DNA from: Piromyces finnis finn
Taxonomy: Eukaryota > Fungi > Neocallimastigomycota
Assembly (NCBI GenBank): GCA_002104945.1
Contig: MCFH01000019.1
Coordinates: forward strand, 372,001-436,000
DNA length: 64,000 nucleotides
Reading direction: 5' to 3'
Position 1 is the first letter of the stretch, and each line of letters opens with the position of its first letter. The notes under the pieces are model-generated. The model was not told the origin of the DNA. It ran no database searches and saw nothing but the letters and a program-made list of their open reading frames with translations. Below are positions 1-14,153 of the stretch, in pieces. Position numbers and translations under genes: made by a program.

Positions 1-2310
1 ATGAAATAATAATTATAGCAAAATAAAAATAAAATCAAAAATAATTCAGTAATATTATAATATCTTTAGAATTAGTCAACAATAACTTGTGTGTCTATAT
101 CTTTAAAAGATGTATATGAAAACAAGGTCTATATATATATATATAAAGTAAAAAAAAAAAAAAGAATAAATTAATATCTATCAATTAAATTTTAATATTA
201 TTAAATATAGATGATATAGTAAAAGATGAATCATTATCATTATCAATAATAATAATAATAATAGTAATATTTAGTATACGATTAGGTATTATCATCAATC
301 ATTACTATTATTATTACTATTATTTCTTTATTACCACCACCATCATTACCACCACCATTTTATTTTATTCCTATTAATTAGTGGTTCATTTATTAAAAAA
401 TTTTTAATATACTTTTAATACTATTTTATATAAAAAAGTATAAAAACTAAAAAATTAAATTTTTATATTTATTTAATATATTAAAATATAAAAATTTTTT
501 AATTAATAAAATGGGAATTTTTTTTTAAAAAAAAAAAAAAATTTATAGCAATCATAGTGGTAATGCTTTGATGGCAGTAGTAAAAAGTAGGGAAAATAAA
601 ATTTTTATTATCAATTGAATAATTGAAAGTTTTAATTTTTTTTATTTCTCCTACTTTTTTTAAGCTACTTTTTTTTTTTTTACCTTTAAAAAATGGTTTA
701 TTAAAAAAAATTAAAAAAATTTCCTTATCCCCTACTTCCAAAATAAAAAGATGAAAAAAAAAAAGAAAAAATAAAAAATTAAAAATTTTTAAAATAAAAT
801 GAAACAAATTAAATTTTAAAGTTTCTATTATTTTGAACATTTTGATTGGTCAGTTGATACGTTGTTCGATTTTAACGTAGTTAAATAATGTAATTAAATT
901 TTGAATTTTAACCTTTTATGGTTCGTTGGTGAAACTTTAATAAATAATAATTTATAGTAGATAAAAAGGTATATTTTTACCTTTAACAAAGGGACTATTC
1001 ACAAGGTTTTAAAACATAGTTATAAATGTATAAACTATTGTATACACTGTATACATTGTATACAAATGGAAATGAATAACTATTCTATTATATTAATGTG
1101 TAGAGAAGGATTTTCTATATAATAATTATAATATAAATGAAACCCTTTACCAATTATATATTTAGTTGTATTAAACTGTTTTGCATCAAATTGTTTATTC
1201 ATTCTTTTATGTATAGTAATGAAAGTTTATATAGAATAATAATAATAAAAACATTAAAATATAAAGTTAAAAAGTTTAAATTTTTATTATTATCAAAATA
1301 AAGTTTTAAAAAGCTTTCTATAAAAATTTTTTTAAATGTGAAAAATCTTAAGAAACTTGTTTTATTAGTATTATTGAGTTTCCATAAAGGGAGAAAACTC
1401 TAAAAAAACCTTTTTCAAATTAGATAGAATAGAATAGTAAAAATGATAAAAAAAAAGATTTCCTCATAGACATCCTCATCTTGATTATTTTTAAATAGCA
1501 TAATTCAAATATTCATATATAAATAAATGATATAAAAAAATAATTGTTATTGTGGATTTTGTATATTTGATTCTACTGATTACTATACATTCAAATGGTA
1601 AAACTTTTTACATAGTTTAATACTTTTTATAGTTTAATAAATTATAAAATATTATATTGAATAGGATAAAAAGGCATTATTGTGTATCCTATTATCAAAA
1701 TTAAAAAAAAAAAGATGATATATAATAAAATCAAATCATAAATAAATTTAGAGTTCTATAAATCCATGTATTTAATATTTTTCAAATTTCTTTTATTTAG
1801 TATAAAAAAGACCTATTAGTATTTTTAAAAAGTAGAAATAATGGTATAAAAAAGGTTGATTAAATGGGATGAAATAGTATGGTCTATATTATTTCATGAT
1901 GATTTTATTCATTGAATATATAAGTAAAGTCAAACATAAAGTAATAAATAACATTAAAATAAGAATTTTTACATACTAAATGATTAAAAAATAGTCTTAT
2001 TACATAATAAACCTTTTTTTTTTTTAACTATCTTTATAAAGCTTTTCTTTTCATAAAGTATTCCAGTATTTCATCTTTTTTCAAAGTATCATTATAAATT
2101 TTTATACAATATATTACAATATATTATAATATATATTTATCTGATTTTTTAATTTAAATTTCAAAATGAATCATTAAATTTATTATACATTAAAAATTAA
2201 TAAAAAAAACTGTAATTAATATTATTAGTGGAAAAGTAACTAAAAAAAATTATTATTAAAAAAAGGAAAAAAAAAATTTTTTTATCTTTACAGAAAAAAT
2301 AGTATAAAAG

Positions 2311-4821
2311 ATGTCTCAAGAAATTATTAAGATTGCTGAACAAGCTCGTCAAGCTTCTCTTGTTTTACAATCAACTACCACTGAACAAAAGAACGCTACT
2401 ATTAGAAAGATTAGAGAATTCCTTGAAAAGGACAAGGATGCCATTCTCAAAGCTAATCAACAAGATTTAGAAGTAAGTTTTATTTTTTTTCTTTTTTTTT
2501 TTTTATTTTTTTGAAAACTTAGAGTAGATGATAATAGCATCGAAAAAAAAAAAAGTATCGAAAAATATTAAAACCTACAAAATAAAACAAAAATAAAAGA
2601 GGAACTTATCAATAAAATAAATAAAAATAGTATTGTTATTACTGCATTTTATTTTATTTTTTTTTTAAAATAAAGAGATTTAATAATAATAAAAAATAAT
2701 AAAACAACAATAACAATAATAATAACAACAATAACAATATAAACAAGATAAAAAAAATAATAACAATAATAGTGACAACAACTACAATGATAACAATAAA
2801 GATAACAAAAAAAAAAAATAATAAAATAAAATAAAATAAAATGATTATACTTAAACTTTTTAATTAAATTAAAATAAATAAATAGAAAGCCAAGGCTGAA
2901 GTCGAAGCTGGTCGTCTTTCTGCTTCCCTCTTCAAGAGACTTGATCTCTCTAGAGGTGACAAGTACCAATCATTATTAGAAGGTGTTTCTGATGTTGACA
3001 AGCTCCCAGACCCAACTGGTAATTTTTATTTTTGATATCTTAATAATGATAAATAAAAAATAATAATTTAAAAAAACAAGATAATAATAACGTCAGAAAT
3101 AGTGAAAAAAGGATTATATAATCATTATTTTTATTAAAATCAAAAATGATCTTAAACATATATATCAATTATTTAAATAAAAATAGGTAAGATTACTTTA
3201 GCTACTCATCTTGATGATGGTCTCGATCTTTACAGAGTTACTTGCCCAGTCGGTGTTTTACTTATTATTTTCGAAGCTCGTCCAGAAGTTGTTGTTCAAA
3301 TTTCTTGTCTTGCTATTAAGTCTGGTAAATCATAAGAATATCTTTTTTTTTATTAATAAAGAAATAGAAATTTTAACTACTTGTGTATTAATTAAAATTA
3401 TTAATATTTTTTTTTGATTTAAATAATTTCAAATTAATCAATCAATCAATCAATGAAATGTTATAAATAATATATAAATTTTAAATTCAAAAAGGTAATG
3501 CCGTAATTCTTAAGGGTGGTAAGGAAGCTTACAATTCCAATGTTGCTTTATACCAATCATTACAAAATGCTATCAAGTCTCTTCCACCAGAAGAAGCCAT
3601 TCCATTAGCTTCTGTTCAACTTGTTTCTTCCCGTGATGAAATTAATGAATTATTAGGTTTAGATCAATACATTGATTTAGTTATTCCAAGAGGTTCCAAG
3701 AAGATGGTTAGATACATCCAAGGTAGTACCAGGTAATTATATTAAACCTACATCTTTCGTATATACAACAACACCAATATTTATGAAATTGGCATAGATA
3801 TTTTTGAAAAAGTTTTATTCATAATAAAGATGGATTATAATTGGTGAACTTATTATAGTACTATTTTAAATTTTTTAAGTCAACCAACAAGGAACATTTT
3901 TTTTAATTCAATATATAATGATATATGTAGTTATTTGTTTCCTCTTTTAAGTATATAATAATATATATTAAACTTTTTCACCATTATTTTTTCCTCTTAT
4001 AATACATTTGAAATATATAGAATTCCAGTCTTAGGTCATGCTGATGGTTTATGTTCAACCTACGTTGATGAATTTGCTGACATTAATAAGTCACCAAAGG
4101 TTGTTACTGATGCCAAGGTTAACTATCCAGCTGCCTGTAACGCTACTGAAACTTTACTTATTCACTCTGCTGTTTTAGAAAGTCAACTTCCAGCTATTGC
4201 TAAGAGTCTTGTTGAACAAGGCGTTACTATGAGAGCTGATGAACGTGCTTTAGCTGTCTTAAAGACTACTGATATCCCAGCTGACAAATACCAAGCTGCT
4301 ACTGAAGAAGATTTCGATACTGAATTCTTAGAATTAACTATTGCTATCAAGGTCGTTGATTCCTTACAAGAAGCTATTGGTCACATCAACATTCACGGTT
4401 CCCACCACACTGAAAGTATTATTACTGAAAAGAAGGAAAATGCTGAATTATTCATGGCCAAGGTTGATGCTGCTGGTGTTTACTGGAATGCTTCTACTCG
4501 TTTCGCCGATGGTTTCAGATACGGTTTCGGTGCTGAAATTGGTGTAAGTATTCTTGGATTTTTAAACTAATTTGTTGACACCATGAAATTTTTTAAAAAG
4601 TAAAAAAAAAATATATATATAATAATGATGTTTAACGATGCTTATATGCTATTTTAAACAAATAGGTTAGTACCAATAAAACTCATGCTCGTGGTCCAGT
4701 TGGTCTTGAAGGTCTTGTTATCTACAAGTACAAGCTTTACGGTAGTGGTAATGCTGTTGGTGATTACGGAGCTGGTAAGAGATCATACATTCACTCCAAG
4801 ATCCCAATTAACCAAGATTAA
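2311..4821 (+). CDS. PRO2: Gamma-glutamyl phosphate reductase (glutamate-5-semialdehyde dehydrogenase), 449 aa, 6 exons
   Basis: Exons 2311-2472, 2886-3018, 3187-3324, 3495-3732, 4021-4543 and 4666-4821 splice in frame (GT-AG) to 1350 nt. ProA motifs: [76 protein letters not shown]. Confidence 0.97.
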
Positions 4822-7427
4822 ATGATTTAGTGAAAATAATTAATAATTTATATATCAAAGAAAAAAGTATTTTTCTTAAAAACTATCCTAAATTAGATAG
4901 TATTTTTTTTTATTTTTACAAGGCACATAAAAAAGCAAAAAAAAAAAAAAAAAATAAAAATTTAAAGGGAAAAACAAGTTGTAACTATTTCAGGAAGAAG
5001 AAAAAATAGTAAAAATAATACAAAATATCAATATTATAAAATCAATTGCAAATAATCTACAAATAAATAAAAAATAAATAAAAAAATATATGAAAATAAA
5101 TAGTTTATTCATGTTGGAAATGATACATTATAAGCTGATACTCTGATGAGAAAAAAAATATATATGGATTAGAAAGGCAAATAGATCACTCGATTCTACA
5201 TAAAAATATCTAAGGATTATATATTATACATAAGAATATACTTTAGAATTTTTCTATTATTTAGTTTTCTTTGACAATTCATCATATTTTAAAGTTTTAA
5301 ATTTTTATTTTTATGAAATATTAATTTTTATTCTATTTGAAATGTCTGTTACAAATTAAGAAAACTTTGAAGTCATTTTCTATCTTAATCACAATAAGGA
5401 ACAGAAATTATAGTCCTATTTATAATATACATGGACATTCAATATTTATTTATTTATTCCGTTTAAATATTGAATTTTATACATATTTTTTGGATCTTTT
5501 TTTTTTTTAGTTAAAATTTAAAAATCACTTTCAGTATAATTAATTTTCATTTACATCTTTTTGATCCTTGCTTTTTTTAAAAATTTATTCATAAGATATA
5601 TCGTCAAGTTTTTTAAAAGATAATGCAATCTCTTTTCAACCGTTCATTTTATTTCTGAATAAAAAGTTTTCTTGCTTACTTTCTTGGTAAATAAAAAACA
5701 CTTTCTCCCAACCTATTTCTGGAACGTTTTTTTTCGTTTACTTTTTAATCATAAAAATATTTGTGTTACATTAACTTATTTCATATATTGCAATATATTG
5801 TATACCATATATTAATTTAATTGCTAAATCATTAAATTTTAATGATTAAATTAAATTCAATATTTGTTATTACATAAAAGGTTTTAGTATTACTGATATT
5901 AATATATTATTAATGTATTTTTAATATATTTTTATTATGTAATCAATATAAATAAATTAATAACCATATTAAACTCTATTAAATGAGAAAATAATAATTA
6001 ACGTATATTTGAATTGAATGTAATATATTATCAATTATATTTACCCTTTTTCAAATGTTACAGTATAATAAATATGGAATAAATATATTATACTTGTATA
6101 TAAACAATATATTTTAATATATGGATATAATAAAGTAAATTAGGAAAAGATTAAAAAAAATAAAAATATAAAACTCTTTATTAATATTGTGATTCTACAA
6201 TATTAAAATGAAATCTAACCCTATCACTAATTAATAATAATTATTAATAATTTCAAGATTAAATTAATTCTTTATATTTTATCTTTATTTTTTTTTTTTT
6301 AAAAAAATATATTTATATATTATTTATATTATTTATCTTTAATCTGTAAATTGTGATAATTGAGTTGTTTTTTTAATGTTATTATCTGTTTAATCTCTTT
6401 TAATACAATAAATAAATAATATTAATCTAATATTTATTTATATATACAAAAAAAAGTAAACAATAGTCATAATATCTATTAAAATAAATATTTCAAAGAT
6501 TGAATATAAATGATATGTGATAATTATATACATTTAAAGTCTTTATTTAATAGAAATTAAAATTGAAAAGAAAAAAAAAAAATAAGCAACAACAACAACA
6601 ACAACAACAATAAATAATAATAATAATAAAAACAGAAACAAAAATAAAATAATAGAATAAAAATTGAGAATAATAACAATATCACTAAAAGAGTAATTTA
6701 AAAATATTTTTATTAACAGTTTTTTTTTTTTTTTTTAAATATATTTTCTATCAAGGAATATATATGTATGCAAAGTTTTTTATATCACAAAAAATTAGAA
6801 ACTGTTAAAAAAGAATATTTTTAAAGTAAAAGAAAAATAATAAATGCTATTTTAATTTTTTAAAAATATTACCAAAAAAAAAAAACTATCGAGTTAATTC
6901 AATCAATAAAGAAAGAAAATTGACAAGGTTTAAAATAAATCTTTAAAAAAATTTACGAAAACCACAATAAAGTGACTTTTTTTTTTTACACCATTAAATC
7001 TATTATTAGAGTCTTTTAATTTATTATTCATAAGTAATCAATTTAAGTAAACATTTCGAATGAATGATATTCATTTAGATATATTTTATTAGTAAATTAT
7101 ATATATAAAATTTAATGATAAAAGATTAAACAAAAATCGAAGATATTTTGTGAATTTTCTATTTATTTTTTATTTATTGAAACTCATAACCAAGGCATAA
7201 CTATAATAAATAAAAAGTATTGTATAATATAGTTTTAGTTTTGAATAAATAAATTTATAATAATTTCAATACAATTTTTAGTATTAACATCCAATTAATA
7301 ATTTATAATACTATATCAATTTCTTTAAACATTTTTATATATAAAAATAAAAACTATATAAACAAATCAAATATTATATATATGTATAACAACAATAACA
7401 AAAAAAAAAAAAAAGAAAAAGGAAACA

Positions 7428-10400
7428 ATGAGTAATCAAGGAAAAGATAATGAAATTGTTATACCACCAAGATATGAAACATTAGGTAGATCAAGACCAA
7501 GAAATAATGCACAAGCTAATACACAAGGTGTACAATCACCAAATAATCAAGCTCAAAATTATCCAGCATATATGACAAGTCCTGGATTAATGGCATTTCA
7601 AAGAGTGCCTCAACCTTCTCAAGGTAGGTATCAGTACAATTCACCACCACAATCAAGAATGTCAGTGATGTCAGCCTCGGGAATTAATTATAATAACTAT
7701 GGTACAGTTAATCGACAAAATTCACCTGCTTTAAATCCATATCAAGTACCAAGAGCCACTTCTCGAAATACAAGAGGAATTGGTGGTTCAAATACTCCTA
7801 ATACCCCATCAGGATATTATCCAGTAATTCCAACTAGAGATATTTCAAGACAAGTAAGTTCCCCATCAGCACCTCCAACGATGTATAGACATTCCCCAAG
7901 TTCTTCAGTTTCTTCATTAAAAACAATTACCGATAATCCTATAAAGAATACTGTTTATTTATCAAGGAGTAATACAACTGCAACCGAAAATCCATATAAA
8001 AATCATGCCCCAAAGAATTCCATTTCAAACTTATTTACAGATGAAGCAAAAACTATAGAAGATCCAATTATACCTATCAGAGGAAAGAGTTCTCGTTCAT
8101 CACTCAAAGCTAATAATTTATCCCAAAAAGGAAGCAGTGAAGTATTAAATACAAGATCTGCCTCACCATCAATACAACCAATGCAACCAACCCAAACATC
8201 ACCTGTTCATCATCATATTCGTAGTCAAAGTTACACTTCATTATTAGCAAATAATATAAAAGTTAATAGTAAAGCTAGAAGTAATAGTAGTAGTAATGTT
8301 TATAACAACTCCTCTAATAATTTACAAAACAATGCTTTGTTGAATAGTCGTCAAACAAAGTCAGAAGATAATGTTATTACGAAACCTTCTTGCCTTAGTT
8401 GCACTACATCTACACCAATATTATGTAATAATGAGCAAGAATTTAATTCACCTTCCGAGTCACCAATTATGAGTCGTAATAATTCATTTTCTCCAAGTTT
8501 AAGTGCTGTCAATGAAAGTTTTTCATCTCAATCTCCTAGTTCCCCAGTTTATGGATCATCACCTGTTGATAGCAATAAGCGTGATATAATAATACCTCCA
8601 CGAAGACAGAAATATAAAACACAATCTATATATTCTAACTTCTCTGTAATGACAACCACTGGAGAAGTAATGGAATATGGAGGTGTTCAAAATATAGATA
8701 CCAATAATATTGAAGAAATGTTGAGAAACGGTGCATTTTCATCAACAGAATCCATTAATAATACTATTCATCATGAATTAATTACACAACCTATTATGGA
8801 GACTAATACAGAATCAAAGGAACCTATTGTCTTCCCAACTAGAACTAGTGCTTCCAAACAACCAAGAAACTCTATATTCCCTTCAGAATTACAGGAAGAT
8901 CCAACCAAAAATTCTACCTTGAATGTTACTAATGATAGTTCAAGTAATGTTAATTCCACTACCGTTAGTACCGAAAATATTGCAGAAGAAAAAGAAGAAA
9001 TTGATATTATTGACCATTCAGCTCTATTATCTGAAATTGCAAACGAATTTATCAACTCTATTCCATTAATGAGACAAGTTAAAGATTCTATTGAATATAC
9101 CGATTGTTTCACTGGTGCTGATGCTGTAAGCACTATTGCTTCTTTAATTGGCACTAAAAATAGAAAATTGGCTATTGCAATTGGTCGTTCATTAGAATCT
9201 CAGTCTCTTTTCCATGATGTATTATATATGAATGATTTGATTGATTCTCAAGAAAATATTTATCAATTACAAGCACGTCCAAATATATCCTACAATCGTG
9301 AGTCCAAATTAGATATAAGTGCTATTATTGGTGATTATATTGAAGATGATTCTATGTACATAGCTAGTCCAAAGCAAATATCATCAAACAATAATGATAA
9401 TATTTTAATGAATAATACTCAAAATGATTTACCAAATGGTGTGTTTGTTGCTATTGCATCTTGTTATTCTTTAACTTGTACTGATGATACACCATGCTAT
9501 TCATACACTTGTCCAAGAAGAAAAGCCTACATTTTAAAATCATCATTAAAAGATTCAAAACCACAACATACTCAAAGCAGTGAAGATGATAATAATTGGT
9601 CTACTACTGTTGATAAGAATGTATTAGAAAAAGTTGATGATCATGAAAGAAAAAGACAAGAAGTTATTTATGAATTTATTCAATCTGAAAAGGAATATGT
9701 TGATGATCTTCTTTCTGTCATTAAGGTAACTATTTTTTTATTTTTTTTTAATTATTTTGAAAAAAATTGTCGAGTATATCTTTTTTTTTTTTTTATCATT
9801 AAATTAACTTTAAAAAAAATTGTCATTAAAAATAAACCCATATTCTATAAATTATTAAATATTATAATATTAATATATATTTATATTGAAACCAACAACA
9901 ACAACAATGAATATAAATACAATCAATAGCTTATTAAAAGACCGTTAACAGAAGGAGCAGTACCAAAGCTTGATGCAAGATTTGTAAATATTGTTTTTAG
10001 TAATATAGAAGAAATTTTCAGTGCCAATGCCCCATTTTCTTCAAGATTACAAAGTATGCAACAGCATAATTCTATTATTGAAGTATTAGGTGAAGTTACA
10101 TTAGAATATGTTAAAAACTTTACATGTTATATAAGATATGGTGAAATTCAACCATTAGCAAAAGAATTTTTACAATTTCAAAGAAATGCTAGTAGTGGTT
10201 TAGAAGCCTTTTTAAAAGAGATGCAATCAAAAAAGGAATTTAGAAGATTGCCATTAGAAAGTTTCTTAGCTCGTCCAACAACAAGACTTGGTAGATACCC
10301 AATTCTTATAAAAGATATTCTTAAACATACAAAGGAAGATCACCCAGATCAAAAATTATTAACTTATACTATGGAAATTATTCAAAATATTTTAAAACAA

Positions 10401-12389
10401 GTCAATGAAAAAGCAGGTAAAACCACCAATAAAATAAAATTAGATCAATGGGCTAGATCCTTAGATCAATCAACATTAGAAAAGGTAGAAGATATTTTAG
10501 TTCTTAAACCAAATAGTCCTCAACGTGACTTTATTAGAGAAGGTACTTTATTATTAAAAAGAGAAGGCACTACACCACAAGAAGTAGATGTTGTCTTTTT
10601 AGATAATGCCTTTGTAATCACACGTAAAAAGGTTAATACCATTGAAATGATTAGAAAACCAATACCTGTACAATTGATACAATTAGCAGATAATGAAGAA
10701 CAAGATAAAATTAATAATAAGAATTTGAAGTTTAATGAAAAAAGATATTCCTTTTCTATTACTCATATGGGTGTAAGAACTTATACTTTTATGACAAAGG
10801 TTTATTCAGAAAAGAAATCATGGGTTGAAACCATATCAGAAAGACTTAAACAGGTTCAAACTAGTTGTATTGAATTATTTAGCATTTTTAGTTGTCGTTT
10901 GAAGATTAATTCAGCTGTTGTCGTTAAGGATGATGTTATGATCTTTGCAAACGAAAATGGTCTTTATACCAATATTGGAAATACATTAACCATGATTTTA
11001 CCATTACAAAGAATTACAAATATTGATATTATGCCAGATGCAGGTTTATTATTTGTATTAATTGGTAAGTTTTTTTTTTTTTATTATTTTTCTTTATAAT
11101 ATTAAAATAATTCTAATCCTTGTTAGGTAGTCAAGGGTTTTTAAAAAAATCTTTTATTGTAAATTTTTTTATAATAATACTAAAAAAAAAAAAAAAAATT
11201 TTCGAAATATTTAATATCACAATCATTATCCTATTCTTCAATAACAGATAAAGAAGTTATTCCATATAGTATTGATGCCTTATTAAAGGGTGATCTTGTA
11301 GGTAATTTCAAGAAGCCAAGAAAACTTTGTTCAGGTATATCATTTATGGAAATTGGTTTTTGTGATGGTCATCATTTGTTGTGTGCAGTTAAAACTGCCA
11401 ATACCAATTCAACAGTAAGATCTTATGAACCAAATCAACCATTAATTGATGCAATATCTTCCAAAACAATCAATACCAAGGTTTCAACTATTGATGTTTT
11501 AATACCACACAAGGTAAAATTTAGGAATAAGACAATAATACTATATATATATATATATTAATTTTTATTTTTATTCTTTTTTATTTTTTTTATATATTTC
11601 GTTTTGTGACGATATAATTAAAAGCAATTTTATATTCCTGCTGAAGCAAAATCAATTCAATTTTTAAAACGTGATTTATGTGTTGGATGTAATAAGGGAT
11701 TTGAAGTTGTTAATATTAATACTTTGACAACTCAAAGTTTATTTAATACACATGATCCTGCCTATGAATGGATTATAAAGGCAGAATATACTCCAGTAAA
11801 ATTAATAAAAACAAATAGAGGTGATTTCCTTGTCTGTTATAATAGTAAGTTGAGAGTTTTTATTTGTCGTGAGAACAAAAAATAATAGTGGAATAAAAAG
11901 ATATAATTTTTTTTTTATTCGTAGTAAGAAAAGATAATAATTGATTAACAATAATTTTATATTTCTTTAATTTTTATTAAAAAAAAAACAGAGGTGGGAT
12001 TTTTCCTTGATAAAAATGGTAATCCATCAAGAGGTAATAATAGAATTTCTTGGTTAAATCCAGCAACAAATTTCGGTATGTATTTACATTATTAAAAAAC
12101 AAACGATACAATCATATATTTTTATTAATAAAATAAATATTAATTTTCTTTTTTTTTTGTTTATTTTTTGCTTGTTTTTAAAGCCTATATTTCACCATAT
12201 ATTCTTGCCATTGGTAATGAATATATAGAAATTTGGGATGAAAATAATGTAGATAGTGTTAAACAAATTATATATGGATATAATATTAGATTATTTACGA
12301 GTTATACTGGTGATGCAGTATACATTGTATCAGGAAATGATATTCATGTTATATCGAGAATCATTCTTTCAAGAAAACGCACGCAATAA
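7428..12389 (+). CDS. ROM2: Rho1 guanine nucleotide exchange factor, Rom2/Rgf1 type (disordered N-terminus, DEP, DH, PH, CNH), about 1402 aa, 6 exons
   Basis: Exons 7428-9725, 9930-11064, 11248-11513, 11625-11844, 11992-12075 and 12184-12389 total 4209 nt in frame. DEP: DCFTGADAVSTIASL...GRSLESQSLFHDV. DH: ERKRQEVIYEFIQSEKEYVDDL, RRLPLESFLARPTTRLGRYPILIKDILKHT. CNH: FYIPAEAKSIQFLKRDLCVGCNKGFEVV. Confidence 0.93.
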
Positions 12390-13324
12390 AGCGTAAACTC
12401 TTAATATTTCTATTCTCCAATTTATATTTGAATTTTTTTTTTTTTTTTTTTACACAATTTATCATTAATCAAGTATAACAAAGGATATATAAGAATAGAA
12501 ATAAAATTCATTATATATAAATTAAAATTTAGAATAAAAAAAAAAAATTATACTAATAATAATACTAATTTAAAAAAAAAAAAATTTAAAAGGTATAAAA
12601 ATTAAATACCATAATTATTTTATTACATTATAATAAAAGAAAATAAAAAAAAAAATTCTTTTATTATTTCAATCTAACAGATAATAACAATAATATTTAA
12701 TAGAAAATCAGAAAAAAAAAAAAAAATAAAAAATAAATAAAACTAATACAACAATTTTATTCATTAAATCATATTTTTCATTAAAAAAATTTTTTTCCCA
12801 TTTACTAAATAAATAATTATATATAAAAAAAAAAAAATAAATAAATAAAATATATATATATTCATTTGTAACGAAATTCCAGTCATTATAATTTAAATAA
12901 CAAAAACAACAAAAAATAAAAAATAAAAATAATAAAAAAAGCAAAAAATAAACAATAAAATAAAAATAAAATAAAAAAAAAAGTAAAAAACAACTAAATT
13001 CTTTTAAATAAATAAAATAACAATATAAATATATAATAATAAAAAAAAAAAAAAAATTAGAAAAAAATAATGTACTTGAAGTATTTACATAGTATTGTCA
13101 CTTTTTTTTTTTTTTTTTTTTTAATTTTTTATTATCTTTTTTTAAAAGAATGAAATTTTAAAAAATATAGGACTATGCAATATATATGAGTGTGTGTATG
13201 TGTGTTTATTTTTAAATAATGACTATTTGTTTTAATGTAAAGAGAATTTAATAATAGCTTTTTCTTTCTTTCTTTCTTTTTTTTTTTTTATTGGTTTTTA
13301 CAGCAATCCCAATTTTTTGTATTT

Positions 13325-14113
13325 TCAATTAAAATGACCATGAGTACGACTTTTACTTTGGAAATATTTTTTATGATTGGGGTTAACGTTTTTTAAGGTG
13401 TATATTACAAAACCACAAATTGTTAAGAGTAAACCGATAACAAAGATGGAAAATTTTGTATCTTTTTTAGAAACTTCTAATGCCGGTTTAGTATTTTTTA
13501 TCATTTTACGTTGACCTGTTTTACCAACAAATTTCTAATGATTTTTAATGATTTTATATATGTATATAAATATAAATATAAATTATTATTATCAAATAAA
13601 AGAATATAGAAATTATGGATTATTTTTTATTATAAAAAATATTATTTAAATTTAATTGTTTTTTTTTTTTTTTGTTTTTTTGAATTACATACTTCAAGTA
13701 TTCCTTTAGTAGTAACAGAAATAATGTCATGATTATCGGAAGCTTCACCAGTACTAGCAGTAAAGCCAATATATCCAGAATTTGGTAATTGTGGATTATT
13801 AATGGTGAAACAATTAACATATTCTGTATTTTCATCATTTGTAAGACTAACCTTTTTTTTAATTTATATCCATTTGATTTTTATATTATATATAATTTAA
13901 ATTTGATTGTTAATATTATTTTTTTTTCTCATAGGCATAAAAGATATAATTTTAATTTATTTGTGTTATAATCGTATTATATTAGAATGATAAAACGAAA
14001 TAGAAAAAAAAAAAAACCCTACTTCTAAATATTTATCCTTAATGTATACAATTTTAGCTTTGGTGGAATGATTTTGATCCCTCTGTCATAAAGAGAATTG
14101 CAAATATATATAT

Positions 14114-14153
<40 letters not shown>

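Noticed and set aside
60-600. Exon-like fragments at the window start (about 70-127, 210-283, 549-586) flanked by AG/GT
   Set aside because: I could not join them into one open frame on either strand, and no recognisable product emerged.
499-840. 113-aa minus-strand ORF and similar F/I/K/L/N-rich ORFs (e.g. 2649-2969, 12708-12944, 19367-19651, 31172-31363, 32317-32622, 57009-57305, 61106-61324)
   Set aside because: Translations of poly-A/T and microsatellite intergenic or intronic DNA with no domain features.
1039-1064. Three TGTATACA palindromes at 9-bp period
   Set aside because: Short, AT-rich and far from any ATG; most likely slippage.
8771-9154. 127-aa minus-strand ORF inside ROM2, and other antisense or off-frame ORFs within PRO2, kinesin, TM9SF and IQGAP
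   Set aside because: They overlap well-supported genes and have no independent motifs.
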